The notes: a model not told the origin generated them from the letters alone. 64,000 bases of DNA from Octopus sinensis (GCF_006345805.1 NC_043009.1:63240001-63304000); one strand, 5' to 3'. Positions 23,831 to 37,176 are shown, numbered from the stretch's first letter. A program made the numbers and translations.

Positions 23831-24710
23831 CAAGGTAGGTGGAAAGTAACTAGGCATTAGAAATTACTTACATAATTTTTAGTATCACTGAAGTCATTAC
23901 AAAAATATTTCTTAAACAGACAACACTTATGGGGATTTTTTAAATTTTTTATTGTCTTATTTCTTGTTTCTTATTTTTCAGATTGACTATTCAGGAGCAA
24001 GCTAACATAACAGTACGCTATGAAGTGTGGAATTCCGTTGTTTTGGTTCAGAGATGGTGGCGTGCATGGAAAAGTAAGCATCCAACACTACGTCTGGAGA
24101 CAATAAAAGGTTGTCATGCAGAGCCGATGACCACGGGCTCTGTAAACGATGCAAGAAAAGTGGTCGTCTAACCACATCCCGATCAGCGGAGAACATGGCA
24201 ACAGTGCAGAAAATGCTTAATCGCAGCCCGTAAAAATCAACACGTCAAGCAACTCGTGAAAGTTAGGACCAACAAGACACAATAAGTAGAATGTTGCATA
24301 AAGAATTGAATTTTCGTTCGTGGAAACTCCATTACGTGCAGGAGCTAAAACCTGAAGACTGTGACCGTAGAAGTCTCAGGAGTCCAGATCTCACTCCATG
24401 TGATTTTTACCTGTGGGGTTACATAAATGAGGTGTACAAGACAAAACCTCGAACACTGGAGGACTTAGAGACACGGATCCTGGAGGTGTTCGATGATATC
24501 CCAGATGACGTCTTTCAGGAAGTTGTTCATTCCGTCCCTGGCCGTTTGAGAAAACTGGTTGACGCCACCAGAGCTTACGTTCAGATATGAAGATTTACTT
24601 TCATTTTCCCATCTAATAAAGAACATGAATCATTTATTCCAATAAATTTGTAAAAGGAATAGGGATTTTATTACCAATTTTTAATGCCTACTTACTTTTC
24701 ATCCGCCCCG
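23831..24710 (+). mobile_element. Internally deleted Tc1/mariner element (DUF4817-type HTH N-terminus)
   Basis: 35-bp TIRs CAAGGTAGGTGGAAAGTAACTAGGCATTAGAAATT vs CGGGGCGGATGAAAAGTAAGTAGGCATTAAAAATT; fragments VWNSVVLVQRWW, KLHYVQELKPEDCDRR joined directly to RSPDLTPCDFYLWGY...RLRKLVDATRAYVQI; catalytic core missing. Confidence 0.9.
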
Positions 24711-24742
<32 letters not shown>

Positions 24743-24760
24743 GTGTGTGTGTGTGTGTGT

Positions 24761-24830
<70 letters not shown>

Positions 24831-25404
24831 AGTATATGTATATATGTATGTATGTTTGTATGTATGTAAGTTTGTGTACGTGTGTGTATATACATACTCA
24901 TACATATGCATGCATACACCCATATACATAAGTATAAGTGTGCATGTACATACATGTATGTGTGTGTGTTGTTGTCCCACCAGTGTTTTAAGATCACTCG
25001 CTTGGTAACCTCAAGTGCCTTGAATAGTTTGATGTTCTGTTGTATTTGTTACCAAATGTAATTGACGCCCCTTCTACCGTTACCAATAGTCTTTCTTTGA
25101 GACGGTCTCGCTAAGCTATAAACATCTGCTTTACACAATGTTTACTATTGACATGAGAACAAACAATTGAATAAGAGAAGAGTTGTTGAAGAATTGCAGA
25201 TGAAAGCAATTGAGTTGATATGTCGGCCAAAAAGAAAAAAATGTCTTGTACTTTATTTTTTGAGGTCGTCTAGACACGAATAGGCGTTGCCACTTTTATG
25301 GGATGCATTGACAAATTCCCGGCAGATTTACATTGTCGTTCGCAGAACTCTGTGACCTATCTAAGATAGATTCTGTGTGAAAACAAAGAAAGAATGAATC
25401 GAAC

Positions 25405-25407
25405 ATT

Positions 25408-25463
<56 letters not shown>

Positions 25464-25526
25464 TTGCTACTGCTGCTGCTACTACTACTACTATTGCTAC
25501 TGCTGCTGCTACTACTACTACTATTG

Positions 25527-25567
<41 letters not shown>

Positions 25568-25582
25568 GCTACTACTACTACA

Positions 25583-25626
<44 letters not shown>
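25405..25626. repeat. (ACT)n/(AAT)n compound microsatellite
   Basis: Direct reading. Confidence 0.95.
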
Positions 25627-25628
<2 letters not shown>

Positions 25629-25630
25629 TA

Positions 25631-25848
25631 ATCCTTTCTGCTAGAGACAAAAGGCCTCAAATTTGGTGGGAGGGAAGCAGTCGATTACATCGACCCCAGT
25701 GTTTCACTGGTACTTAATTTATTGACCCCCGAAAGGGTGAAAGGCAAAGTCGGACTCGGCGGAGTTTGAACTCAGAACATATCGACGGGCGAAATACTGT
25801 TACGCATTCTGCCCGGCATGCTAACAATTCTGCCAACTCGCCGCCGCC
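25631..25848 (-). mobile_element. SINE A between (AAT)n tracts
   Basis: Matches family A consensus. Confidence 0.85.
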
Positions 25849-25859
25849 TCTAAAATAGC

Positions 25860-25931
<72 letters not shown>

Positions 25932-25964
25932 GACAACAATCGTGAACGAATGCCCTAGGCTTTT

Positions 25965-26600
25965 CCCAAACCATTACAAGTTGTGCCAGAACGTATGGCT
26001 GCACATCAGTAGCTATGGTATGCCGAGCTCGCGTTGCACTGGTAGCATATCGACCGCTTGACCAGTGGAACGCGTCCTTTCCACAAGAAGCGAATGCCCT
26101 GACACTCCAGTTTGTTCAGACAGGAACTGAGGCAACACAGGAAGGGCAGCAGATAAACTATAACGGAAGCAATTTAGCAGGGGCGATCCGCTTGACGTTT
26201 TAGAGATAACTTAATCACAGCCCTATCTCTCAGTCACCCTCAGTTATCTTATACTGCTCGTAAACTTGTCCCTATATTTTTCGTCTTGAAAGCTTGGACC
26301 CAACTAGATCCCAAACAGTTTAACCGATCCGTCTGTCCAGCCTCTCGTGACGCTGTACAACTGTATGGGCAAGAAACTGAGTCGACCATATTTATCTTTC
26401 GTCCGTGCAGCACTTCGTATCTCTTTAGAAAGATGCCGACCAACTCCACCTTCGTGGGTTGCGATACTATCCCAGTGGCGTCTCCCGCATGTGTCCACAT
26501 CGAACCCCTGCATCCCAGCTCGAAAGGAATGCTCTTCAATCATTATAGCTTCTACACCAATGGTTCGACAGCGAGTAAGCAGAGAAAAGGTGAGAGGAAA
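25965..26600 (-). mobile_element. L1/Tx1-clade LINE RT fragment, degraded
   Basis: Minus strand across stops and frameshifts: LAVEPL..KL..LKSIPFELGC, HAGDATGIVS (decayed YADD), ELVGIFLKRYEVLHGRKIN, WTDGSVKLFGI, FLWKGRVPLVKRSICYQ. Confidence 0.8.
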
Positions 26601-26620
26601 CATCTGAAACAGTAAAAGAT

Positions 26621-26665
<45 letters not shown>

Positions 26666-26810
26666 TGCGCGTGCGTGTGTGTGAGTCTGCTAAAGAAGGG
26701 GAGAAGCGGTCAAAAGAGCGAGTAGGGAGAAGAAGAATTATCAGAAAAAAAGAATTTTAATGTATAAAAGATAGGTCTGAAATAAGACTCAAATATACAA
26801 ACCAGATTAA

Positions 26811-27039
26811 AAGGCTGGCAGAACCGTTAGCACCCCGGGCGAAATGCGTAGCCGTATTTCGTCTGCCGTTACGTTCTGAGTTCAAATTCCGCCGAGGTCA
26901 ACTTTGCCTTTCATCCTTTAGGGGTAGATAAAATTAAGTACCAGTTGCATACTGGGGTCGATGTAATCGACTTAATCCGTTTGTCTGTCCTTGTTTGTCC
27001 CCTCTGTGTTTAGCCCCTTGTGGGCAATAAAGAAACATG
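26811..27039 (+). mobile_element. SINE A with 15-bp TSD
   Basis: TA(C/T)AAACCAGATTAA at 26796-26810 and 27040-27054. Confidence 0.9.
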
Positions 27040-27872
27040 TATAAACCAGATTAATCGCGCATAGAATGAAGAAAGAGCGGTGATCCAGGAGAAAACGGAC
27101 CAAATATAGTAAAGACTTAAAAGTTATTAAAGCCCTAAGCCTCCATTTTTGAAGCTATAGGGACAAATCCCACAAGCGTCAGTCATGACGGAACTTGAAA
27201 GGCATTTATTCTTTTAAGCGTCCATTTTTTAAAATCTTTACAACTTATACGTAGAACACTTTTTTTCTGTACGGTTTGCGAATTTTTAAGTTTTTGAAAA
27301 TCACAGATTCACAATATCTAAGCTAAAGATTCTAAAACAGTTGCTTAACGTTTTAAAATACGTTTTTTAAAAAAATAGTAGTTTTTAAATTAGAAAATAG
27401 ATACGATTTTCTGCGCTTATAGCTTCAGGAAATTTTTTTGGTTTTTGCTCGTTTACATTTGAAATAATACGAATAAAAAAATTGCTTTGTTTACATTTCA
27501 ACGAAAGTAATACTTGTTCTATAATGAAAGCAATTAGTATTGCACCGTTGGCAAACCAAACATGTTTATTCACAACAAATGTAAACAATAAACGCTTGTA
27601 GCTGGAAATTACATTCAACTGTATCAATTTCTGCTTTTAAAAATATTGCTTTAAAAATGTTTGTTAAAAAAATACTTTAAAGTTATTAAGAATATTTTAA
27701 TTTTTTGTGAATTTGTAGTGTGCAAAACATGGATCCAGTTTCACGGGACCCTATGAAGTGCTTTAAAATGAAACCATTTACTTTGAAGGGGAATTCTGTT
27801 GGTAAAAGTGAAAGTATTTCACTGTTTTCCTTGTGTTTCTATTTTTCTTCGCTTTTTTCTTCTCAGCACAAA

Positions 27873-28460
27873 TTCTTTTCTACTCTAGGCACAAAGCCCG
27901 AAATTATGCGGGGTGGGGGACAGTCGATTATATCAACCTCAGTGCGTAACTGGTATTTATTTAATCGACCCCGAAAGGATGGAAGGCAACAACGTCGACC
28001 TCGGCGGAATTTGAACTCTGAACTCAGCGACAGACGAAATACCTATTTCTTTACTGCCCACAAGGGGCTACACACAGAGGGGACAAACAAGGACAGATAA
28101 ACGGATTAAGCTGATTATATCGGCCCCAGTGCGTAACTGGTACTTATTTATTCGACCCAGAAAGGATAAAAGGCAAAGATAACCTCGGCGGAATTTGAAC
28201 TCAGAACGTAGCGGCAGACGAAATACCTATTTCTTTACTGCCCACAAGGGGCTAAACATAGAGGGGACAAACAAGGACAGACAAACGGATTAAGTCGATT
28301 ATATTGACCCCAGTGCGTAACTGGTACTTAATTAATCGACCCCAAAAAAGGATGAAAGGTAAAGTCGACCTCGGTGAAATTTGAACTCAGAACGTAGTGG
28401 CAGACGAAATACTGCTAAGCATTTCGCCCGGCGTGCTAACGATTCTGCCAGGTCGCCGCC
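27873..28460 (-). mobile_element. SINE A trimer flanked by one 13-bp TSD
   Basis: TSD TTCTCAGCACAAA at 27860-27872 and 28461-28473; junctions GACGAAATAC|CTATTTC at 28042/28043 and 28226/28227. Confidence 0.92.
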
Positions 28461-28739
28461 TTCTCAGCACAAAGTGAAAGTAAAAAGAAAAAAAGATAAA
28501 GTTTTTTCGGAAGTAGATTTTTTTTTTTTTTTTTGTGCTTTCTTTCGGTTACTGTACACACTAGCAGAAAAACCACCCTCAGGAGGGTTTCTCTTAGTTG
28601 CTAAAGGATATTTACCCATTTGATTCCTAATTGCTTTTCGTCTGAACATCGTCACCCGCACCCGCTTCTCTCCTTTTTTTTTTAAGAATCACTTTCTGAT
28701 AGTCGTAATATCTATCTAAGAGAGAACTGTGAGCTCCTG

Positions 28740-29695
28740 TCAACATTTTAGATACTCCATCCTGTTGAAAACTACAGTGTCAAGAATGTCTTCTGTAAGA
28801 AGTTGAGGTTTGAGGAACTGTTCAAGCACATCACGATACACAATTCCCGTGACCGTAGTCTTTACGCAGAAGTAAGGTCCGGACGCCTTTGACTTAATTA
28901 TATCAAGACAAATATTCCCTTTCGGTGTATTTCGTTCCCATTCAAGAAATTCAGTTGGCTTCTCGCTCCCTCAAATGCGACAAATGTGTCGATCGACCTT
29001 TCTACATCACTGAATAGAATTTTCTTGATTAAATTGGTTCTTTCAATTTGATCAATAATCTTAGTGCACATCGTTGATCTCTTCTTGTAAGTTGTGGAAA
29101 ACTTGGATGCGATAAGCTTTGTTATTCATTTCGCTCTCTTTTACTTGTTTCAGTCATTTGACTGTGGCCATAATGGAGCACTGCCTTTAGTCAAGCAAAT
29201 CAACCCCAGGACTTATTCTTTGTAAGCCTAGTACTTATTCTATCGGTATCTTTTGCCGAACCGCTAGGTTATGGGGACGTAAATACACCAGCATCGGTTG
29301 TCAAGTGATGTTGGGGGGGGACAGACACACAAACATATACACACATACATATCTATATATATTTACATATATACAACGGGATTCTTTCAGTTTCCGTCTA
29401 TCAAATCCACTCACAAGGCTTTGGTCGGCCCGAGGCTATAGTAGAAGACACTTGCCCAAGGTGCCATGCAGTGGGACTGAACCCGGAACCATGTGGTTGG
29501 TAAGCAAGCTACTTACCACACAGACAACGGATTAGTGTACATGGAATTTCTAACATGTCAGCTGCCCTATGAGCTGATAACTGCGTATCTTGTTCGAATG
29601 CTTCTCGAACCAATTCGCTTCTTTCTCCGAATTTCTTGGGTGTCCACTTCTGGTGCCATAACGCACAGATCCAGTTTTCTGAAACGTCATTAACA
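28740..29695 (-). mobile_element. Tc1/mariner transposase pseudogene interrupted by SINE B (~29130-29522)
   Basis: Minus strand: FQKTGSV...RSGHPR, ELVREAFEQ...LEIP, [SINE], KAYRIQV, KILFSD, KVDRHICRI*GSEKP, GPYF...TVTGIVYRDVLEQFLKPQL, VF(Q)QDG with frameshift. Confidence 0.85.
29130..29522 (-). mobile_element. SINE family B, slightly 5'-truncated
   Basis: Matches the 22470 copy. Confidence 0.9.
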
Positions 29696-30537
29696 ACTCA
29701 AGAATAGCTTCGTCTGTTGGACCTTTGTTAAGAAACTTCTACCACCGCCACCGCCACCACCACCACCACTACTACTGCTGCTGCTGCTGGTAGATGGCTG
29801 AATTGGTAGAGTATCTGTAAAATGCTTTCAAAATTTAGAAACATCTAGTCGGGTACATGGGCATCTGTGCTCAACTAGCTTTTATTTTATCGACTCCAAA
29901 AGGATGAAAGGAAAATTCAACCTCCGTCGCATTTGAACTTAGAACGTAAAGGTCCGGAAGAAATACCACTAAGTGGCTTGTCCGGCAGATAACGATTCTA
30001 CCTGCTCGTCGCCTAGGATGGGATGAAGTGGGGGAGGACTAATGTCCGACATTTTTATAGTGTGCACACAGAAGTCTTAACAGAATGGAAAGAAGTTGTG
30101 TTTTTTATCGCGATATCGAGACCAATGTTAGTCTGTGGTTTATGAAAATGGTTGCCACGAATTGACTTTCAGTAAATGTTATTTATGCGTTAATATAGGT
30201 TTCACATTTTGGCACAAGGCCAGCAGTGGGTAACTAGGTTACATTGACCTCAGTGCGCAACTGGTACTTATTCTATCAACTCTGAAAGGATGAAAGGCAA
30301 AGTCGACGTCGATGGGATTGAGCTCAGAACCTATTGATAGATGAAATGCCACCTAACAGCTCGCAGTCTTATAGTGCGTTAATAACAAGATATTACGAAT
30401 CACCCGAAACAGGCGTAAAGTAAGTCAGTATTTGGGGAAATGATGTTTAAAGCGAAGTATTTACTAAGTCTGTTGAATTCAAAGAAATTTTGTGTTTTAC
30501 TGTTTCACTTGTGGCTGTATTTGTGTACGGGCATTAC

Positions 30538-30986
<449 letters not shown>

Positions 30987-31567
30987 TCTTTATGAAATGG
31001 ATATCTCGGTTAATTGTTAAAATTAGCTTAGGTTTATATTTATCGTTTAATTATTTTATCTTTTGCTACTTTTATTACTTTATCTGTCTGGTTATGTTTT
31101 TAGCACGAATGTGGTTTAGTTCGACAGCATTTGACTAATTGCATACAATCCAGAGAAACAAGCCTTGCTCTTTTGCGATCTCTCGCTTTAAACGGGTCAT
31201 ACCAACTGAATGCATCATGGCTATACAATATCTATCATCTCTATTACACTTTCATTATATTTATACGCTAAATCATTATTTGTTTTATTTCGTATTACAC
31301 AGATATTAAGCCATCACTCATGTTTGTATTTTCTTTCATGATAAGTCTATTAAGAGCTACAAAACTCTATTAAAAGCTGCTTCTTCAGCTCTTGAAGTAT
31401 TTAAAACACCAGAATAGTGTTCTTCATTGGGAACTAAGAAACATGTCGGCCACCTTCTTATAGCTAACTCTTTATTTGCTGTGCATTTCACGAACGCCCA
31501 ACATTATAGCTTATTAGCTCTCAAGTGTCAACTGGTAAAAAAACCGTTTGCAATATTTAATGTTTGT

Positions 31568-32100
31568 CGGGCGGCGAGCTGGCGGAATCGCTAGCACACC
31601 GCGTAAAATGCTTAGTGGCATTTCGTCCGTATGCAACCACCCCACCGAGATTACTGGCTTCGTGCCAAAATTTGAAGCCAGTATTTAATGTTTGTCTTTA
31701 AGGCGGCGAGTTGGCAGAGTCGTTAGCACGCCGGGCATTTTCCCCGTTTTTCCGTTATGAGTTCACATTCCGCCGAGTTCAAATTTTCCTTTCATCATTT
31801 CGGAGTCGACAAAATAAGTACCAGTTGTGCACTGGGGTCGATGTAATCGACTTATCCACTCTCCCAGAAATTCGTTATTTAGGGCGGGCGAGCTGGCAGA
31901 AACGTTAGCACGCCGGGCGAAATGCTTAGCGCTATTTCGTCTGTACTTACGTTCTGATTTCAAAATCCTGCGACGTCGACTTTGCCGTTCATTCTTTCGA
32001 AGTCGATAAATTAAGTACCAGTTGCGTAATGTGGTCGATCTAATCGATTGGCTCCCTCCCCAAAATTTTCGGGCCTTGTGCCAGAGTAGAAAAGAACATA
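31568..32100 (+). mobile_element. Cluster of three SINE A copies or fragments
   Basis: Heads GGCGGCGAGCTGGC at ~31570, ~31700 and ~31885. Confidence 0.8.
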
Positions 32101-33044
32101 ACACATAAGATATTAGTTTCTGCCCTCGCACTTCCATCAGTTTCAAAAATTTCTTTCCAAGAGCATTCCTCCAAAAATTAAAATCTTTGTGAGCAAACCG
32201 AAATAACATGGAATAGAGGTGCAAAGTTTTGTGCGGTCGGTTTTGTACGCAAAAAATTGCGCTCTCAGTCCCATCGACCAACACAAGACATCACACTGTA
32301 TCAAGGACAGGATTTTGTAGTAGCAACTACTACGATACTAATGTGTCGATATTTCTATTGTTAAGACTCTCATGTCAATGCCACATCTGCCTATATCTCA
32401 CCTATTGAAACACTTACGTCATAACCAGGTCTCAATTGTGAAGACGCAAATATCATAACATGATCTTAATTGTCAAGACACTAATATTAGTACTTCAACT
32501 GTTGTGACGCTATGTCTACATATCATACGTAAAGACAATACTATCAGTATCTCAAAAGTTACAACACTAATGCTGATATTTCAGTTCTTAAAATACTATT
32601 AATCCACTAATGTAAATTTCCCAACTATTACGATGCTAATTTCTATTCTTTTATTCTTTTGTTTGCTTCAGTCATCTTGACTGGGGCCATGCTGGAGCAT
32701 CGCCTTTAGTCGAACAAATCGAACCCATGATGAATTTGCAGTGGGAAACTTGTTAACTTAAAGAAATGCGTCAAAGAAAAGTAGAGTTTGACATGAAATA
32801 AAGTCGCCCACACACACACACATATGTACACACAGACTACAAACAAAAATAACATACGAAATATGGTAATAAGGTTATCTAAATGTATTTATATACTCCG
32901 TAAACAAATACACAGAATTTATTACTGCTGTCTGCTTTTAAAAATTGGGTCAGTCGTTTTATGTTCACAAAATAGAAACGTGGGACATAATGAAGGTCAG
33001 AATTCCTAAAGATACACAATGATTTGAAAAGAATATTTTAATAT

Positions 33045-34045
33045 TTGGTGGTGGTTAAAACAGTGAGCTGGGAGAATCGTTTGCTCGCCGGGCGAAATGC
33101 TTTGGATCATGTTGTCTGTCTTTACGTTTTAAATTCAAATTCCGCCGAGGGCGATTTTGTTTTTCATCCTTTCAGGGTTGATAAACTATGTACCTATTTC
33201 TTTATTACCCACAAGGGGCTAAACATAGAGGGGACAAACAAGGACAGACATAGGTATTAAGTCGATTACATCGACCCCAGTGCGGAACTGGTACTTAATT
33301 TATCGACCCCGAAAGGATGAAAGGCAAAGCCAACCACGGCGGAATTTGAACTCACAACGTAACGACAGACGAAATACCGCTAAGCATTTCATCCGGCGTG
33401 CTAACGTTTCTGCCAGCTCGCCGCCTTATAAACTATGTAAACTATGTACCAGTTGCGCATTGGGGTACAATTAATCAACTCACTCCTCCCATAAAATTGC
33501 TGGCCTCGTGCCAAAATTTGAAACCAATATTTAATAGTGATTAAGGTGGCGAACAGGTAGAGTCGTTTGCACGCCGAGCGAAATGCTTAGCAACATTGCG
33601 TCCGTATTTTCGTTCCGAGTTCCATTTCTACCGGGACCGACTTTGCTTTTCGTCCTTTCGGAATCGATAAAGTAAGTACTAGTTGAGCACTGGGGTCGAT
33701 TTAGTCGATTTACCTCCTGGAGCACCGCCTTTAGCCGAACAAATCGAACCCATGACTTATTCTTTGTAAGCTTAGTACTTATTCTATCGGTCTCTTTTGA
33801 TGAACCGCTGAGTTACGGGGACGTAAACACACTAACATCAGTTATCAAGCGATGGGTGGGGGGACAAACGGAGACACACAAACCTACGACGGGCTTCTTT
33901 CAGTTTCCATCTAACCAAATCCACTTTGGTCAGTCCGTGGATATAGTAGAAGACACTTACCCAAGGTACCACGCAGTGGGACCGAACCCCGAACCATGTT
34001 GTTTGTAAGCAAGCTACTTATCATACAGCCACCTCCTACGCCTAG
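33045..34045. mobile_element. Nested SINE cluster: minus SINE A (33193-33427, TSD ATAAACTATGTA) inside a plus SINE A, another plus A, and a minus SINE B
   Basis: TSD at 33181-33192 and 33428-33439. Confidence 0.85.
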
Positions 34046-34542
34046 GTGACTAATGTCCATATATTAAATGTTAAAGCACCAATACCAACATCTCACTAAT
34101 GACATTATCTCAAGTCTATGTCTTAGGAGTTAAGACATCCATACCGACATCACAACTGCTGAAACGCTAACGTCGGTATTTCAAGTGTTAAATTACTAAT
34201 GTCGTTGTCTCATTTATTAGGACGCGAGTGTCCATGTTATAGTTTAAAATATTCATGCTAATATCACAACTGTTAAAACACTAAAGTCTGTACCGCAAAA
34301 GATAGGACAATAACATCAATATCACAACTATTAAGATATGAATGTCAATGACTTAGTTGTTAGAACATAACGCCAACATCAGAATTGCCATAAGAAAAAG
34401 AAACTAATGGCATCATTACAAATGTTTGGACATTAATGCCTAGAATTCTGAAGACAGTATTCAATTGTTAAAGTCCTACCAACGGTGTCTTAACTGTTAA
34501 ACACTAAAGTCAATGTATAAATTGTTAAAAACCTCTTATGCC

Positions 34543-34778
34543 TATTTCTTTACTACCCACAAGGGGCTGAACACAGAAGGGACAAACAAGGACAGACAAA
34601 CGGATTAAGTCGATTACATCGACCCCAGTGCGTAACTGGTAATTATTTAATCGACCCCAAAAAAGGATGAAAGGCAAAGTCGACCTCGGCGGAATTTGAA
34701 CTCAGAACGTAGCGGCAGACGAAATACCGGTAAGCATTTCGCCCGGCGTGCTAACGTTTCTGCCAGCTCGCCGCCTTC
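34543..34778 (-). mobile_element. SINE A with 16-bp TSD
   Basis: AAAAACCTCT(T/A)ATGCC at 34527-34542 and 34779-34794. Confidence 0.92.
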
Positions 34779-36529
34779 AAAAACCTCTAATGCCATCGTC
34801 TCAAATATTATGACTTTATCGTCAATATCTCAACTGTTTAGAAATTAATTAATATTCATATTCCAGTTGTTTAGACGCTGGTGCAATTATTCTTACAGTA
34901 AAGACAGAAACCTTAACACCTCACCTTTCAAGATGCTCCCGTCAATGTTTCGACAGTTAAGATACTATCGTCAATGCTTCAATTGTTAAGACATTAGTCG
35001 CAACTCCTCAAGTGTTACGACACACGTTAATATGTCAAACAATGCAGTATTAATGTATATCTATGTGATTTAGGTGGGGGTGTAATCATGCATGCGTATG
35101 TTGAAATAAAGGTTTGAAATAAATTCCTTTTAAAAGGGACGTTCTTTGTGATATATCATGGAGTTCTCAAAGGAACAATATGTAAGTTGGATACAACAAA
35201 AACATCATTTTGCACCCACTGGCACATGACTTACTAGAAAAACACAAAAGATATGAACACAAGCCGAAGATTTGGTTTATATATCCAAAGGAGTGTAAAA
35301 TGTTCCCAGCAGAAAATATTTCGTATGAAGAGCAGCGGTAGAAAAATATTTGTGTGTTGGCTCACTAAGCTCACGACATTGATATTTGAGAGAAAAAAAC
35401 ATCTTTTTACATCAAATATTAAGATATTTCTGAAAAGCAAAGGTTTCGTTTGAACAAACTTTTGTCTTTTGTTACCGATGTTTTCTTTTTTGTTTTGCTT
35501 TTGTTTTTTTGTTTTTCCAGAAAGACCACGTAACTTCAGATAATATTTACTTTTAAACCCAAATGTATTCTTACATAAATATTTTCTGAGCATACCACTG
35601 TTCACTAAAAGAGCATTATGGTGGCTGTAAAATCGGTGGATTAAATAATAGCTAGTAGGTTTTTATGCTTAGCATTTGAATATGTGGTTTATGGGTAAAA
35701 TAAACATCAGAAAAGCTTTGCCCCACACAGAAATTGCAGGAGCTATTCGGGAGTTTTGTTAACTCTTCTAAATTCCTTGAATTACTGGAAACCCTTCCGT
35801 ATCGTCAGCAGGGATCTCAATCTGGTTTTCAATGACATGTAAATGATGTATAAGGAATAACAATTAAATTTGATGTTCTGTACGTCACGTGTCTCCTACT
35901 GTTCTGTTTAGTCGAGGAGACACGTGTGGTGGAGAGTCGCTGAAGAGGTCACAGGAGGTGTGAGGAAAGATTTGAAAACATCAGACATAAAAATAAGAAC
36001 AATGATAGATCTAAAGTGAAGAACGAATATATGTAGTTCGTGTGTTTATTTGGCAAAAAAAGTGAGCATTCCGAAATATTACAATGTCTGTTTCAATACA
36101 CAATTTGACATCAAGAATTTTGCAAATCAAATACATAAAGGTATGTGTGTGTGCGTGTGTGTATGCGCCTCTGTGTGTGTGTATGTTTATTAGGATACGG
36201 CTTGTGTTTTTTTTTGTGCGTGTGCATAATGCCTTTAATCCTTATATATGTTTGATTATTTGCTTGACAGCTTTCGTTAATGTCTTTAAGATGCAAAATA
36301 AATACTTCATCCAAAATAACATGTGTTGTGTGTTAATTTTATATATATTTTAGTTCACATTACGCCATATTATTTCAATGAAACACTTAGTATATCCAAG
36401 AGATTTATGGTAGCAACCAGATAAGATTGGTAACTACGGCAAACGTTCGATATTGCTAGTGGTTCAATACATAATTGTTAAACCCTTGGTCAAATGCATT
36501 CTATCCGTGAATCCTTCCTCTTTTAACAG

Positions 36530-36635
36530 CATCTGGAACACGTTATGCAACGTACATTTTTGGTGCTATCCCTAACAAGTCAAGTAACTGCGTTGAGGTA
36601 TCCACAGCCACTGGTTCGTTACACCACGCACATAA
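36530..36635 (+). CDS. Candidate internal exon (106 nt), product unknown
   Basis: Acceptor TCCTTCCTCTTTTAACAG|, donor |GTGAGT, open frame SGTRYATYIFGAIPNKSSNCVEVSTATGSLHHAH; no family recognised and no partner exons found. Confidence 0.25.
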
Positions 36636-36772
36636 GTGAGTGTTATGGGCTCCAGACCAATCGACAACACTTCATTTGGGAGTCTGGTTACACGACGAAT
36701 TGCCACTTGCAAACTCATCTGTGTACGCTAGTTTGTGCATGTAGTTAGGCACACACACACATACATATATAA

Positions 36773-36822
<50 letters not shown>

Positions 36823-36840
36823 TATATATATATTATATAA

Positions 36841-37176
36841 AGACCCCCTTCGGTCATGAGTGACCATGGGTTTGCACCTAGAAAGTTACCCTCCCAGGCA
36901 CAAGTCTGGGCAAGGTTGTTTTTATGGAAGGCCAGCAGTCGCCCATGCATACCAGCCTCCCCTCTCCACGCCACCAGTGTTGTCCAAGGGAAAGACAAAG
37001 GTCGATACAGCTTGGCACCTGTGACGTCGCAACTCATTTCTACAGCTGAGTGAACTGGAGCAACGTGAAATAAAGTGTCTTGCTCAAGAACACAACACGC
37101 AGCCCGGTCCGGGATTCGAGCTCACAACCTCACGATCGTAAGCTCGACGCTCTAACCACTGAGCCATGCGCCTCCA
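36841..37176 (-). mobile_element. SINE family E (tRNA head, first half of family C body, distinct 3' half)
   Basis: Sense head GGAGGCGCATGGCTCAGTGGTTAGAGCGTCG, CTCGAATCCC, GTTCTTGAGCAAGACACTT; 3' part ...AAACAACCTTGCCCAG...GACCGAAGGGGGTCTT. Confidence 0.85.

Larger units (their letters stand above)
32335..35035. repeat. Cryptic, highly diverged 29-bp satellite (consensus ~ATCTCAACTGTTAAGACACTAATGTCAAT) split by SINEs
   Basis: In-register 29-bp units at 34149, 34178, 34207 and 34263, 34292, 34321; same motif at 32335-32640 and 34795-35035. Confidence 0.7.

Noticed and set aside
26286-26615. Plus-strand 109-aa and 86-aa ORFs
   Set aside because: Antisense of the L1/Tx1 RT fragment.
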